Shown in pieces: positions 48,501 through 57,515 of a stretch of 64,000 nt of DNA. The translations under genes and the position numbers were made by a program. The notes beneath the pieces are model-generated. The model was not told where the DNA came from. It was given only the letters and a program-made list of their open reading frames with translations, and did no database searches. Positions within the stretch are counted from its first letter, which is position 1. The number at the start of each line of letters is the position of its first letter. This stretch comes from an uncultured delta proteobacterium (GTDB lineage Bacteria > Desulfobacterota > Syntrophia > Syntrophales > UBA2185). The stretch is from NCBI GenBank assembly GCA_963695875.1, contig CAVOID010000010.1, forward strand, positions 96,001 through 160,000, in the 5' to 3' direction.

Positions 48501-48925
48501 ATGGCCCGCTTGGCGATCTCCACACGGCTGCATTTGGTGCCAAATCCAGCGTGCGAAGAAGTTCTATAAAACGGCCCCGAGCAAGAAGTATTGGAGTATC
48601 TCGGCACTGAACTCCCACCGTAAGGATCGATATTAGCACAGGGCTTGGTATGGCCCGCACCACTACTTGCGTAATATGCAGTGTCATCTCCGCAATTACG
48701 GGAGCTACTTATGTACAAATCACCACCTGGCGGCGGCCAAAACATACTCCCTGACAAGTCCAGGAGGATCAGGGCATCAGGGCTCACGTTTGCGGTAAAC
48801 AGCTCTTCCTCGCCGCTCACACCTGTTGTACAGGTGGTCTGGGCTGACGAAACACCTGTAAAGGATAAGACACATATAGTAGTAATAATGCATATAAAAA
48901 ATGAGTGAATCTTCCTGTTTCTCAT
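45575..48925 (-). CDS. pilY1: PilC/PilY1 type IV pilus tip adhesin with vWA domain
   Basis: Signal peptide; DLSGS, TPL and ITDG vWA motifs; GANDG, YFVDG and DLDGDGFID Ca-binding motif; C-terminal WK. Confidence 0.92.
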   Translation of the reverse strand: MRNRKIHSFFICIITTICVLSFTGVSSAQTTCTTGVSGEEELFTANVSPDALILLDLSGSMFWPPPGGDLYISSSRNCGDDTAYYASSGAGHTKPCANIDPYGGSSVPRYSNTSCSGPFYRTSSHAGFGTKCSRVEIAKRAIFGILDADSSGTIDDNDYCALAVRIGFMRFKNGNDTGGDYNSGNIQLVWPISTASGSVTKYQQIYCNNSTSCASTVTSCSGTKECVVGETPNSGTPLASSLNEAKVYLDYHKGVDTFAACRNKFVILITDGEDTYACGGDGTGSDSRSDMYVPRRESVAKAKALADAGYKVFVIGLGAGMPHYLINTLNWMAYYGGTINPSEAPSGSTTGYVPSGTSCNTSGTVTATCNDSDGDTGAGHCATSNDPATNKLRGYAFVAADADALDAALRQAMQVISAATYSFTQASVQSSRTQDENFMYEASFEPIEGEPFWHGHLKKFAINDNGSIGCCTSASGAHPACTTPCDAGVVLQNTVAANRQIWTCTAGSCTFTPPNFITAIITPAILGVADNAHRDNVVGYIRGDSVFNPDYTVGGGGTKNVFKLGDVFRAAPITVGSPNPYFDDLRDGNRAFGMFRASHCRTSADPCLNNKRIVAVGANDGQVHAFHADGLSEAWSFIPPNLLPNLKMISHMTNPTTETHQYFVDGSLTADNVWLGSGDGTAKNPADWHTILVFGEGRGGSSSAPTSTLWSSVSSCDSNFSPVYYNTTTGITYPYNCGYYALDITETLAPTFMWHLGGSNPINTTLDAPYLGDPWSEVMIGRVRIGGNERWVGFIGGGYNIVDCSGGGACSDTRGKGFFAFDLRDGTILWRYTNPNIKSAVPAATAIVDLDGDGFIDTAYIGDLGGNIWRFTFCKAMDGATCGIGNWKGGRLFSGSSSDPVFTVPSVTWDGAQNLWVFWGTGDKTDPRSTAKGGKLFALMDNDRTNQQPNYSIGNLTAVTQSTPCDSNCINNTNGYYISLPHAGEKVLADPAIFSGIVYFTTFVPTTATGCDQNQGGDAYLYEIKYTSGAGAFSGGTMSTKIGEGIAAAPTISLSPPQPGKTVDVDLYITVSGGVTGIGGVAGGGASGAGSNTGGGSVGGVVNPVNILFWKDRRIQ

Positions 48926-49123
48926 AAGGCCTCCTCATAGAGTACCGTTTAAAAAAACCATATCCCTCAAGTCATACCTGCCCTGATAACAGTATTTGAG
49001 AGCAGGCTCGGTCGAGGACCAGCCGCCGTTACCCGCAAAGGCAAAGAGCGGGGAACTATACAAAGCCGCATCAATCGAGGCAAGACATAAAAGAAAACGA
49101 ATGAGCCGTCAGCAACTCTACAC

Positions 49124-49600
49124 TTAATCACATTGAACAGGACCGTAGCCGATCTCCGTTTTTATCCTTACCTGCGTATTATATGCCGTGTTCCTCCCGA
49201 TCACATCGAGATCATACCTCTTCAGCTTCAAACTGCCCTTTTTTATATCGGACCCTCCTCTTGGATCGGGGACACATTCGGGAGGCGCTGTAGGAAACTT
49301 TGCAGGATACAAAATGGAATAATTAGACATGCCGTCTGCCCTGTTTTGGTCCACCTGCGCTGCAATGGTAACTGTATTGATATTAAACGTCTGTTGAATG
49401 GCATGAATGCCTTCCTCTGCGGCAATAAGCGCCCTCTTGTCACCGACAATTTTTGCGCTTACCCTGATGTCCTGGGTCGACAGAGAAAAAACCAGCAATC
49501 CCAGGGCCAGGAGGATCAAAGAGGCCATTATAGCCGCGACGAGGGCAAATCCCGCCTGGGAATTCTTCAATCGCAAGGCTATCTGAATATTTTTATGCAT
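49124..49600 (-). CDS. pilX: PilX-type minor pilin
   Basis: G|FALVA prepilin leader lacking E5; ALIAAEEG. Confidence 0.82.
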   Translation of the reverse strand: MHKNIQIALRLKNSQAGFALVAAIMASLILLALGLLVFSLSTQDIRVSAKIVGDKRALIAAEEGIHAIQQTFNINTVTIAAQVDQNRADGMSNYSILYPAKFPTAPPECVPDPRGGSDIKKGSLKLKRYDLDVIGRNTAYNTQVRIKTEIGYGPVQCD

Positions 49601-49613
49601 GTTCCCTCGAAAT

Positions 49614-50429
49614 CTAATATTTGTAAAAAATATGGTTTTTCAGGGTCTCGCGGCTGGAATAAATCATCCTTCGCCTCTGTTTTGTGTCCGGATTGATTTC
49701 TTCCGTCTCAACAGCCAGGGTAATCTCTATCATTCTCAGATCATGAATTTGATTGTCAGTCAAATTGCCGCCAGCGCCGGGGACAACAGGATTCCCAACC
49801 GCGTCGAAGTAACGGAAAATCGGAATTACCGGATTGAGGTCAGCATTGATGACCCTTACCGTGAGGGGATGCAGGCTTGCAACACTGTCACCAAGAAAAG
49901 ATTGAGCCCCCCCGCAGTTTGTTTCTCTCGTGATGTACCGATCTCCACCGGCTGTCACATAGTTATACCTGATAATCTCGTTGGTTTCGGCAGGACCACC
50001 CATAATCTGTCCGTTACCATCTGGCAGATTATAACCATCCAATCTATCGGAAATGTCCATCTGTACGGTGATCGACGTCGTTGTCGCTTCCTGAATGCCG
50101 CGCCGCTGGCATCTGGTGTCCAAAGGTAGTGGGCAGGAGTTTTGGTCGCAGCACAGTGTAGCACCGCAACCTGCGCCGCGCCAAAATCTGTCGACGTTAC
50201 CTGTTACGGGTTCCTGTCCAAAAAGCGGGTTATAGGATGCCATCCTGATCTCCATGGCCATAATCTCCAGGGTGCCTCGCACATCCTGTTGGGCCATAAC
50301 CTTTCTCTCTATGCCGCCGGACGATCTCAGCGCCGACTCGATCGCCATGCCTATTGCGAACACTAAAATCAGCGAAACCGCCGCTGCAACCAAAAGTTCA
50401 ATAAGTGTAAAGCCTTTTGTGTTTTTCAT
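49614..50429 (-). CDS. pilW: PilW-type minor pilin
   Basis: KG|FTLIE and EIRMASY. Confidence 0.82.
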   Translation of the reverse strand: MKNTKGFTLIELLVAAAVSLILVFAIGMAIESALRSSGGIERKVMAQQDVRGTLEIMAMEIRMASYNPLFGQEPVTGNVDRFWRGAGCGATLCCDQNSCPLPLDTRCQRRGIQEATTTSITVQMDISDRLDGYNLPDGNGQIMGGPAETNEIIRYNYVTAGGDRYITRETNCGGAQSFLGDSVASLHPLTVRVINADLNPVIPIFRYFDAVGNPVVPGAGGNLTDNQIHDLRMIEITLAVETEEINPDTKQRRRMIYSSRETLKNHIFYKY

Positions 50430-50965
50430 CTTACACTCACACAGCTCCGGGGTCTATTTATATCATACGCAGGATCGTAGCTGTAAGGACCCTGCAGTGA
50501 CACGATAGCGCTTTCAACAAGATTCCTGAGACCAGGTACCATCGGGTCACGCCACGTAACTGTGACCTGGACCCGATACACTTTAACATTTGTGACTGTG
50601 GCGCCAGGAGGATCGGGGAGAGTCGTGTCATTTATTACGGTTGTGACCGTATATTGCGCGTCCCCTGCATCCGGAACTCCTGCAGCTACGCCACTGGCAT
50701 ACACTTGGTAGTTTGCTGGGTAGTTTGGTAATGAATTTTGACAGGTAGCCAGGGGAATGCAGCTATTCATTACGCATGTCTCTCTTTTCTCAAGCTCTTT
50801 ATGTAATATCCCCGCAGCCCTGCCCAGATAATCCGACTTTCCGACCAATTTCCACGCCGACGGCTGCATTGACAAAATGGTCAAAACGCCGAAGGCAACC
50901 AGAAATATGGCAATGACCACCTCGATCAGGCCGATACCTCGTTTATTTGATATCAAACTTAACAT
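50426..50965 (-). CDS. pilV: PilV-type minor pilin
   Basis: RG|IGLIEV and VQVTVTW. Confidence 0.8.
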   Translation of the reverse strand: MLSLISNKRGIGLIEVVIAIFLVAFGVLTILSMQPSAWKLVGKSDYLGRAAGILHKELEKRETCVMNSCIPLATCQNSLPNYPANYQVYASGVAAGVPDAGDAQYTVTTVINDTTLPDPPGATVTNVKVYRVQVTVTWRDPMVPGLRNLVESAIVSLQGPYSYDPAYDINRPRSCVSVR

Positions 50966-51410
50966 AGGTTCTTCCCGTCATACTGACAGTAATTTTGGCA
51001 GTAGAATGTCTGCTGTTCTCAAGTACAACGTTATCCTCACCTAATGCTGATACGGCACCTCTTGCAAAAAAATCAACCTGCGGCCCCCCGCCGAAATCGG
51101 CATTTTGGATTACAATATCCTTACCGAATTCTGAGAGAAGCTTGGGAACAACCGGACCAGGAGGGTTGCCTACATTCTGTATAGTATAACTATTTCCGCC
51201 ATTGACAAAAGTGATTCGATATGTTGTGCTTTCAGAAATCGCCCTTTCCTTACAGATAGCAAAATCAGATGCAACATCCCTTGCCGCCGACCTCAGATTT
51301 TTGTTTATCGTGTAGTTGACCAAATTTAATCCTGCAACAGCGCAAATGATTCCAATTAAAATAACGACAACGAGCAGCTCAATGAGTGAAAATCCTTTAC
51401 AGCGTTGCAT
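50943..51410 (-). CDS. FimT/FimU (GspH-like) minor pilin
   Basis: KG|FSLIELL, KERAI, F.ARG and TGR. Confidence 0.85.
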   Translation of the reverse strand: MQRCKGFSLIELLVVVILIGIICAVAGLNLVNYTINKNLRSAARDVASDFAICKERAISESTTYRITFVNGGNSYTIQNVGNPPGPVVPKLLSEFGKDIVIQNADFGGGPQVDFFARGAVSALGEDNVVLENSRHSTAKITVSMTGRTYVKFDIK

Positions 51411-51411
51411 A

Positions 51412-52218
51412 TCACTTCTTTCCGTCGATGAGATTTGTCAGTTCAGCCTCGGGCATAGCCCCTTCTCTGAGCCGTCCATCGGGCAGTATCAGTGCGGGAG
51501 TTCCCGATATACCGAAAGATGCGGCAAGCTTCATGGAGCTGTCAATCTCGTCGGTTGCACACTCTGTCTTGGGTATCTCCTTCTTTTCGAAGTTGTCCTC
51601 AAGCATCTTCAGGGATTTATTGCAAACTATGCTTTTTGCCTTCCAATAAGCATCCTTATGAAAATTTAAAGGGAAGAACTTGATATAAAAGGATACGTCC
51701 TTCCTTTTTGCGACAATCTGTTTCATGGTTTGATGCAGTTGGCCGCAAAAGGGACAATCCGGATCTGTAAAGACGACTACTTTCTTGGAAGCGCCGCTCT
51801 CGCCCAGGATGAGGGCATTATCCAGCGGTACTTTCGCTATATCGATCCTTTTCTTATCTTGAAGCCTCCGGAGGCTCTCCTGCCTCTTATCAGACATATT
51901 GGCAACTTCTATCAAAGAACCAAGGATCAGGAACTTTTTATCTAAGCCGAGATAAAAAATCCCCAAACGTCCCATATTATCGATGGCTATTTCACAAAAC
52001 CCCTTAATGGGACTCTCTGTGATGCTCAATACCTTTGCGTCGGAGGCATTGAGTTTCATCAGAACGTCTTTAATCCCTTGATTGCCGAGACCGATACACC
52101 CGTTCTTATCCTTGCTGTTGTCTCCTTCAGAAGCAATAACATATCCTGAATAAATAGGTGAAAAAAGCAAAGCCCAAGATAGGCTTATTACAGCAAGAAA
52201 TAAACCCTTTTTTATCAA
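51412..52218 (-). CDS. dsbC: DsbC-family disulfide isomerase
   Basis: Signal peptide, dimerization-type N-domain, FTDPDCPFC, FFPL and GTP. Confidence 0.9.
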   Translation of the reverse strand: MIKKGLFLAVISLSWALLFSPIYSGYVIASEGDNSKDKNGCIGLGNQGIKDVLMKLNASDAKVLSITESPIKGFCEIAIDNMGRLGIFYLGLDKKFLILGSLIEVANMSDKRQESLRRLQDKKRIDIAKVPLDNALILGESGASKKVVVFTDPDCPFCGQLHQTMKQIVAKRKDVSFYIKFFPLNFHKDAYWKAKSIVCNKSLKMLEDNFEKKEIPKTECATDEIDSSMKLAASFGISGTPALILPDGRLREGAMPEAELTNLIDGKK

Positions 52219-52402
52219 AACATCCTCCCTGCTAACATTTCATAGAAGCGCTTCTATATCTCACACTCAAAGCAGGAAATCAAGAAAATCGATCCCTTAT
52301 AAAGTCTAAATGGCATGTTGTTACGGCTGGCAGGGTTTCACACGGTATATTGGTGGCCTTTAATAAAGATGCCTTAAGCTGCGCCGTCATAGAAGGTAAT
52401 TT

Positions 52403-52497
52403 CAATAGTCCGGCAGCCCTGCTACCATATCCACATCATGGACTTAGGTCAGTAGCTTTACGTCCCGTCCTTTCAGACAGTTTGCCTTTTTCAAGAC
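52403..52497 (-). ncRNA. Cyclic di-GMP-I (GEMM-I) riboswitch
   Basis: Minus strand AAAAAGGCAAACTGTCTGAAAGGACGGGACGTAAAGCTACTGACCTAA...GGTAGCAGGGCTGCCG matches the GEMM-I pattern. Confidence 0.9.
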
Positions 52498-52640
52498 TTT
52501 ATATTTTCAAAGAATTTCTAGCTCTATTTCAAGATATTTATTGATCCCTCAATATGGTATATCGGGAAAAATAAGAAAATCTTTAAATAAATTTAATCAT
52601 ATTTTGAATATTAAAATCAAACTATATCAGACTTTATAGA

Positions 52641-52656
52641 AGCAATTAACATACCA
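52641..52656 (-). promoter_or_regulatory. sigma54 (-24/-12) promoter
   Basis: Minus strand TGGTAT-GTTAA-TTGCT has exact GG/GC spacing and points at the riboswitch. Confidence 0.72.
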
Positions 52657-52955
52657 GATATTGACGATATGCGACTCCTACGAAAGAGGGAGCCCTATCG
52701 CTTTTGATACCGATAAATTAGATATTTTAATACATATCGAGTTGCAGGAAATTTTCTCACATAGTTAATGAAAAATAGGTAAATTTCACCAATTATAAGT
52801 AAAATTCACCTTGAAATTAGTCTCATTTATCGGTGATTATTTCAGCTTAAAAAGTGTGGATTTCTTGCTTGACACACTATGGGTGCTGTGTTACAGCTCT
52901 CAGCGGCTTAGGACTTCTGTGGGAAAAATCGTCAAGATTTAAGATACATGAGCAT

Positions 52956-53651
52956 ATGGACAACAGTGCCATTAAAGAAAGAGAAGAGTTTCTTTCTAGA
53001 GCGGAAGCCTATATAGATCAGAGTCTTTATAAAGAGGCGCTGCATATAGCTGAATCATGGCTCAGGCGTTTCCCGATTGACGCTGATGCACATATTATTC
53101 GCTGTCATGCATTGCTGAGGATGGGAAATCTCGAAAAGGTAAACGAGATTCTCGATGATGTAGAGAATACGGTACTTCAGTTATCCCGCATATATAATCG
53201 CATCGGAGATCTCTGCCTGAAAGGTGGACTGACCCGAGAGGCGATAAAGTTTTATCAGAAGTTTGTCTCTCTTAACCCAGACTCGCCAGTTACAAAAGAT
53301 GTATCGGAGAAAATCAATGCACTCATATCAATTGTAGATGCATCCACCAGGATCAATGAAAATATATATGACAATATTGATCATGTCCCATCTGATTTCT
53401 ACACCACAACCCTCGAGGAACTTTATATGACGCGAGGTCATATTGACATGGCTGCTGATGTTCTCAGTGAGATCCTCAGAAGAGAACCGGAAAATGAACT
53501 GGTTGCAGCTAGGTTAAGAGATATAAAAGCAATGCAAAATGACAGGATGAGAGAAGAAACGCATTTACGTATATCGCAAAACGAGGAGGTTATTCAAGAA
53601 CTTACAAGGTGGCTTAAGAACGTTGACAGGTTAAAGAGCTATGCACCATAA
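52956..53651 (+). CDS. TPR-containing protein
   Basis: Helical TPR pattern; T.TL.ELY..RGH motif; start could be 52854. Confidence 0.75.
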   Translation: MDNSAIKEREEFLSRAEAYIDQSLYKEALHIAESWLRRFPIDADAHIIRCHALLRMGNLEKVNEILDDVENTVLQLSRIYNRIGDLCLKGGLTREAIKFYQKFVSLNPDSPVTKDVSEKINALISIVDASTRINENIYDNIDHVPSDFYTTTLEELYMTRGHIDMAADVLSEILRREPENELVAARLRDIKAMQNDRMREETHLRISQNEEVIQELTRWLKNVDRLKSYAP

Positions 53652-54729
53652 CTCTCCGGTACCTCCTGAGAGGATATCTAAGATTCGGCTGAAACTCAAA
53701 GCCCTTGATGTGGATGCGTTACTTTTTCTTGATATAAAGAATATCCGCTATTTGACGGGTTTCGCAGGCAGTGACGGGGCACTTATGATATGCGAAAAGC
53801 ACAAGCTACTCCTGGTCGATGGCCGTTATATAAATCAAGCGAAAAAAGAAGTCGAGGACGTGGAAGTTGTTGAATATCGGGAAAAGGTAGATGGAATTGA
53901 GGCCGTTCTTTCAGATGGCAGATTAAAATCTATTGGGTTTGAATCAACGGCGATGAACGTCAGCACTTATATGAAACTGAAGGAGAAGCTAAGAGCTGTT
54001 GCGTTAAAGCCGATGTCTAACGAAATAGATGCCATCAGGGCTATCAAAGATGAGGAAGAAATAGCCTGTATCAGGAAGGCAGCAGAGATATCATTTCAAG
54101 CCCTTACCGCTGTTTGCAACCTTATAAAGCCAGGCGTCAAAGAGAAGGATATTGCTATAGAGTTGGAATTTCGTATAAGGAAATGTGGTGCAGAATTGGT
54201 ATCCTTTCCTACCATTGTTGCAACGGGAGCGAACTCAGCACAACCGCATGCAGCCCCAGGATCGCGCGAGATTGAAAATGGAGATATCGTCATGATTGAT
54301 TACGGGGCTGTATATTTTGGTTATCATTCTGACGAAACTTGTACATTCGTTGTTGGACATGCGGGTAAAAAACAAAAAGAGGTATACTCACTTGTCAAGA
54401 AAGCACACGACAAGGCACTGCAAGCGATCAAACCAGGCATAGCGTGCGGAGAAATTGACCACATCGCAAGATCTTGTATTGAGGTTGGAAATCTGGGGAA
54501 ATTTTTTACACATGGCACAGGACATGGTGTTGGTCTTGACGTTCATGAGGCACCACGGATAGCAGACAAATCAGTAAATATCCTTGAAGCGGGAATGGTT
54601 GTAACCATAGAACCCGGCGTCTACATCCCTGACCTATGGGGCATCCGTATTGAGGATATGGTTTTAGTTAAAGAAGGGGGTGGTGAGGTCTTGACAAAAG
54701 TACCAAAGGACCTCACGATACTGCACTGA
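53641..54729 (+). CDS. pepQ: Xaa-Pro peptidase (M24 family)
   Basis: RYLTGF, HGTGHGVGLDVHE, TIEPG and GIRIED. Confidence 0.9.
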   Translation: MHHNSPVPPERISKIRLKLKALDVDALLFLDIKNIRYLTGFAGSDGALMICEKHKLLLVDGRYINQAKKEVEDVEVVEYREKVDGIEAVLSDGRLKSIGFESTAMNVSTYMKLKEKLRAVALKPMSNEIDAIRAIKDEEEIACIRKAAEISFQALTAVCNLIKPGVKEKDIAIELEFRIRKCGAELVSFPTIVATGANSAQPHAAPGSREIENGDIVMIDYGAVYFGYHSDETCTFVVGHAGKKQKEVYSLVKKAHDKALQAIKPGIACGEIDHIARSCIEVGNLGKFFTHGTGHGVGLDVHEAPRIADKSVNILEAGMVVTIEPGVYIPDLWGIRIEDMVLVKEGGGEVLTKVPKDLTILH

Positions 54730-54769
54730 TTACAAAAATTAATAAATTCATATATTAGGGTGTTGTGAT

Positions 54770-55168
54770 ATGAAGGTATTTCCGGATGATCTTCTTTACA
54801 ATCGGGAACACACATGGGTAAGGGTTGAAGGCGAATTAGCTACCGTCGGTATTACGGATTATGCCCAGGAGAACCTGGGAGAGATCCTTGCTGTTGAACT
54901 ACCCGAAATAGATTCTTATGTGGAACGGGATGAGCCCTTTGGAACCATAGAATCTGCGAAGGGTGTTTTCGAACTTATTTCACCGGTTAGCGGCGAGGTA
55001 ATAAGTGTCAATGAAGATATATTGGACGACATTGGCATTATCAACAGTGATCCTCATGATACAGGATGGATGATCGTTATAGGTATGAAGGATTTGGAAG
55101 AGCTTGACGATCTTCTGGATTCCAGGGAATATCATGATTTTGTACTTAAGGAAGCGGAAGGTGGCTGA
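54770..55168 (+). CDS. gcvH: Second GcvH-family lipoyl carrier
   Basis: EHTWV, GITDYAQ and IESAK. Confidence 0.9.
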   Translation: MKVFPDDLLYNREHTWVRVEGELATVGITDYAQENLGEILAVELPEIDSYVERDEPFGTIESAKGVFELISPVSGEVISVNEDILDDIGIINSDPHDTGWMIVIGMKDLEELDDLLDSREYHDFVLKEAEGG

Positions 55169-55177
55169 CTCTTATTC

Positions 55178-56023
55178 ATGATATGGAGATTCATTCCTTA
55201 CAAGAAGTTGAGTGCCTTTGAAAATATGGCCATTGATGAGGCCATATTTCGGGAAAATCAACTGATAGATGCAGCACCGACTTTAAGATTTTACAGCTGG
55301 TCTCCGCCATCCATATCCTTGGGATATTTTCAGGAAACTTCAAAAGAAGTCGATGTTGAAGAGTGCAGACGTTATCACATAGATATTGTTCGGCGTCCAA
55401 CGGGGGGAAAGGCTGTCCTTCATGAGCATGACCTGACCTATGCAGTTGTCGCAAAAGAGAATAATCCCCTCTTCCCGCCGGACATTCTCGGAACATATAG
55501 AGTCATTAGTGGGTGTATATCAGATGCTCTGTCAGAGCTTGGTATCAAAGCTGAGATGGCAGATGACGGAAGAGCATCTCAAGATGAACTATTAAAGGCC
55601 TCCTGTTTTTCATCACCATCCCGGTATGAGCTCCTGGTTAAGAAGCGAAAAATATGCGGCAGTGCACAGGTGAGGTCACGTGGTGTTTTCCTTCAACATG
55701 GTTCAATTCTGCTTGATTTTGATCCCGTCAAAACCTGCGCTGTCCTGCTGTCGCGCCACAGTGATCGCGAAAGGCATGTCAAGCAGTTGCGAGAATCTGT
55801 TACATCAATCTATGAACACATCGGCCCCACAGTGAATGTAGCAATGATCTGCCATGCTTTGAGAAAAAATTTTGAGAAAAAATTAGGAGTTGAATTGGTT
55901 CAGAAAGAGATGACTCCCGAAGAGGAGATTCTTAAGACACAGCTGATGCGTGATAAATATATGAATGACAAATGGAATTTGGAAGGCAAGGGTGCCATAA
56001 GTGGATATAAATACTCTAATTAG
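55178..56023 (+). CDS. Lipoate-protein ligase family (LipM/LplA-like)
   Basis: NMAIDEA, RRPTGGKAVLH, KICGSAQ and LQHGS. Confidence 0.9.
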   Translation: MIWRFIPYKKLSAFENMAIDEAIFRENQLIDAAPTLRFYSWSPPSISLGYFQETSKEVDVEECRRYHIDIVRRPTGGKAVLHEHDLTYAVVAKENNPLFPPDILGTYRVISGCISDALSELGIKAEMADDGRASQDELLKASCFSSPSRYELLVKKRKICGSAQVRSRGVFLQHGSILLDFDPVKTCAVLLSRHSDRERHVKQLRESVTSIYEHIGPTVNVAMICHALRKNFEKKLGVELVQKEMTPEEEILKTQLMRDKYMNDKWNLEGKGAISGYKYSN

Positions 56024-57062
56024 AAAGGAGGTGCTGAAGCAGGAAGGCTACCGCGCCGATTTCACATCCTGTCATGTTAAACTGGATGCAAATGAAAATC
56101 CTTTCACTATTCCGCCCTCCCTCAAGGAGAATTTATTCGAGGAGATGAAAAAGGTCTCCCTGAACCGGTATCCGGAACCCGGTGCCCTTCTTATCAGAAA
56201 ACGATTTGCCGAACACTACGGTGTAGACGAAGACATGATTATGATTGGTAACGGATCTGATGAACTTATTCAGATCCTGTGCAGCGCTTTAGTGGATTCA
56301 TCTTCATTCGTCATGGTACCGGTGCCCACTTTCGTCATGTACAGGATTATTGCTTTGAATACATGTCATGCAGTTGAGGAGGTGCCCCTCGATGCCTCAT
56401 TTGATTTGGATCAGGGCACGATGCTTGATCGGGTTTCCGCAAAATCTCCTGTGTTGGTATTCTTGAGTTATCCCAACAGTCCTACCGGCAATTGCTTCAA
56501 CGAAAGGATTGTAGAAGCTATTATAAGAGCATCGGCAGGCATTGTGGTAGTTGATGAGGCATATGGCAGCTTCTCGGGGAAAACCTTATTACCTCTATTG
56601 AAGCAGTACGACAATGTGGTCATTTTGAAAACCCTTTCCAAGGTAGGACTTGCCGCCATGAGAATAGGCTTCTTGATCGGTCCTTCTTCCCTCGTTAATG
56701 AACTTGATAAAGTTAGGCTCCCCTATAATATCAATACCCTTTCACAAGTTGCAGCCGGTTTTTATCTAAATCACATTGACATTTTTTTAAGCCAGACTGC
56801 AGAGGTTATTGTAAGACGGGAACAACTCTTGGAAGCTTTAAGAAAAATTGAGGGCATTCATCCCTATCCGTCTGATGCGAATTTTATTTTTTTTAGTTGC
56901 GACTTTGATACAGATAGAGTATATAGATCGCTAATTCAGAATGGAATTCTTATAAAGAATTTGAACGGTCCTGGAATCTTGAAAAATTGTATGAGAGTAA
57001 CCGTGGGAAACCGCGAAGAAAATGAAGAATTTCTAAAGGCATTAAGGAAAATCCTTATTTAA
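56001..57062 (+). CDS. hisC: Histidinol-phosphate aminotransferase
   Basis: KLDANENP, GNGSDE, PNSPTG, DEAY and KTLSK. Confidence 0.93.
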   Translation: MDINTLIRKEVLKQEGYRADFTSCHVKLDANENPFTIPPSLKENLFEEMKKVSLNRYPEPGALLIRKRFAEHYGVDEDMIMIGNGSDELIQILCSALVDSSSFVMVPVPTFVMYRIIALNTCHAVEEVPLDASFDLDQGTMLDRVSAKSPVLVFLSYPNSPTGNCFNERIVEAIIRASAGIVVVDEAYGSFSGKTLLPLLKQYDNVVILKTLSKVGLAAMRIGFLIGPSSLVNELDKVRLPYNINTLSQVAAGFYLNHIDIFLSQTAEVIVRREQLLEALRKIEGIHPYPSDANFIFFSCDFDTDRVYRSLIQNGILIKNLNGPGILKNCMRVTVGNREENEEFLKALRKILI

Positions 57063-57095
57063 GTAAGGAGTGTGGTTTAATATAAGTAACAGCAC

Positions 57096-57160
57096 AGGGT
57101 AGTATACGGCAAGGTTCATGTATTATTATGTCTGGCGCCGTACTGCCCTTTTTTTGTTTT
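57096..57160 (+). terminator. Stem-loop with long U-tract after hisC
   Basis: AGGGTAGTATACGGC pairs with GCCGTACTGCCCT, followed by TTTTTTGTTTT. Confidence 0.65.
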
Positions 57161-57247
57161 TTCAATATCTTTAATTGACATATGTACATTAAGTGTAACA
57201 AATAATGAATTATTTTATTATAAAAGATAAAGAAAGGAAGGGTTGTT

Positions 57248-57439
57248 TTGGAAGTAAAAGTATACGACAATGACATAGAAAAAGCCTTGAAAATCCTTAA
57301 GAACAAACTTTCAAAAAGTGGGTTGTTCAAGGAACTTAAATTGCGCAGAGCCTATGAAAAGCCCTCAGTAAAGAGGAAGCGCAAAGCCATCGAAGCACGC
57401 AGGCGTTATGCCAAGGTTCAGCGGCGTAGAAGTTACTGA
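57248..57439 (+). CDS. rpsU: 30S ribosomal protein S21
   Basis: IEKALK and YEKPSVKRKRK. Confidence 0.93.
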   Translation: MEVKVYDNDIEKALKILKNKLSKSGLFKELKLRRAYEKPSVKRKRKAIEARRRYAKVQRRRSY

Positions 57440-57515
57440 CAACAGAACTTTTATGCGACAGCATCATAATTTAACGAAAGCGGGGATTCCTGGCCAATGC
57501 TACTAGTCCCGGAAC

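Noticed and set aside
48926..49123. Small gene between pilX and pilY1
   Set aside because: An open stretch with a hydrophobic start exists but lacks a clear start codon and RBS
45575..51410. Diversity-generating retroelement or shufflon acting on pilY1 or the pilins
   Set aside because: No reverse transcriptase, recombinase or template/variable repeat pair detected
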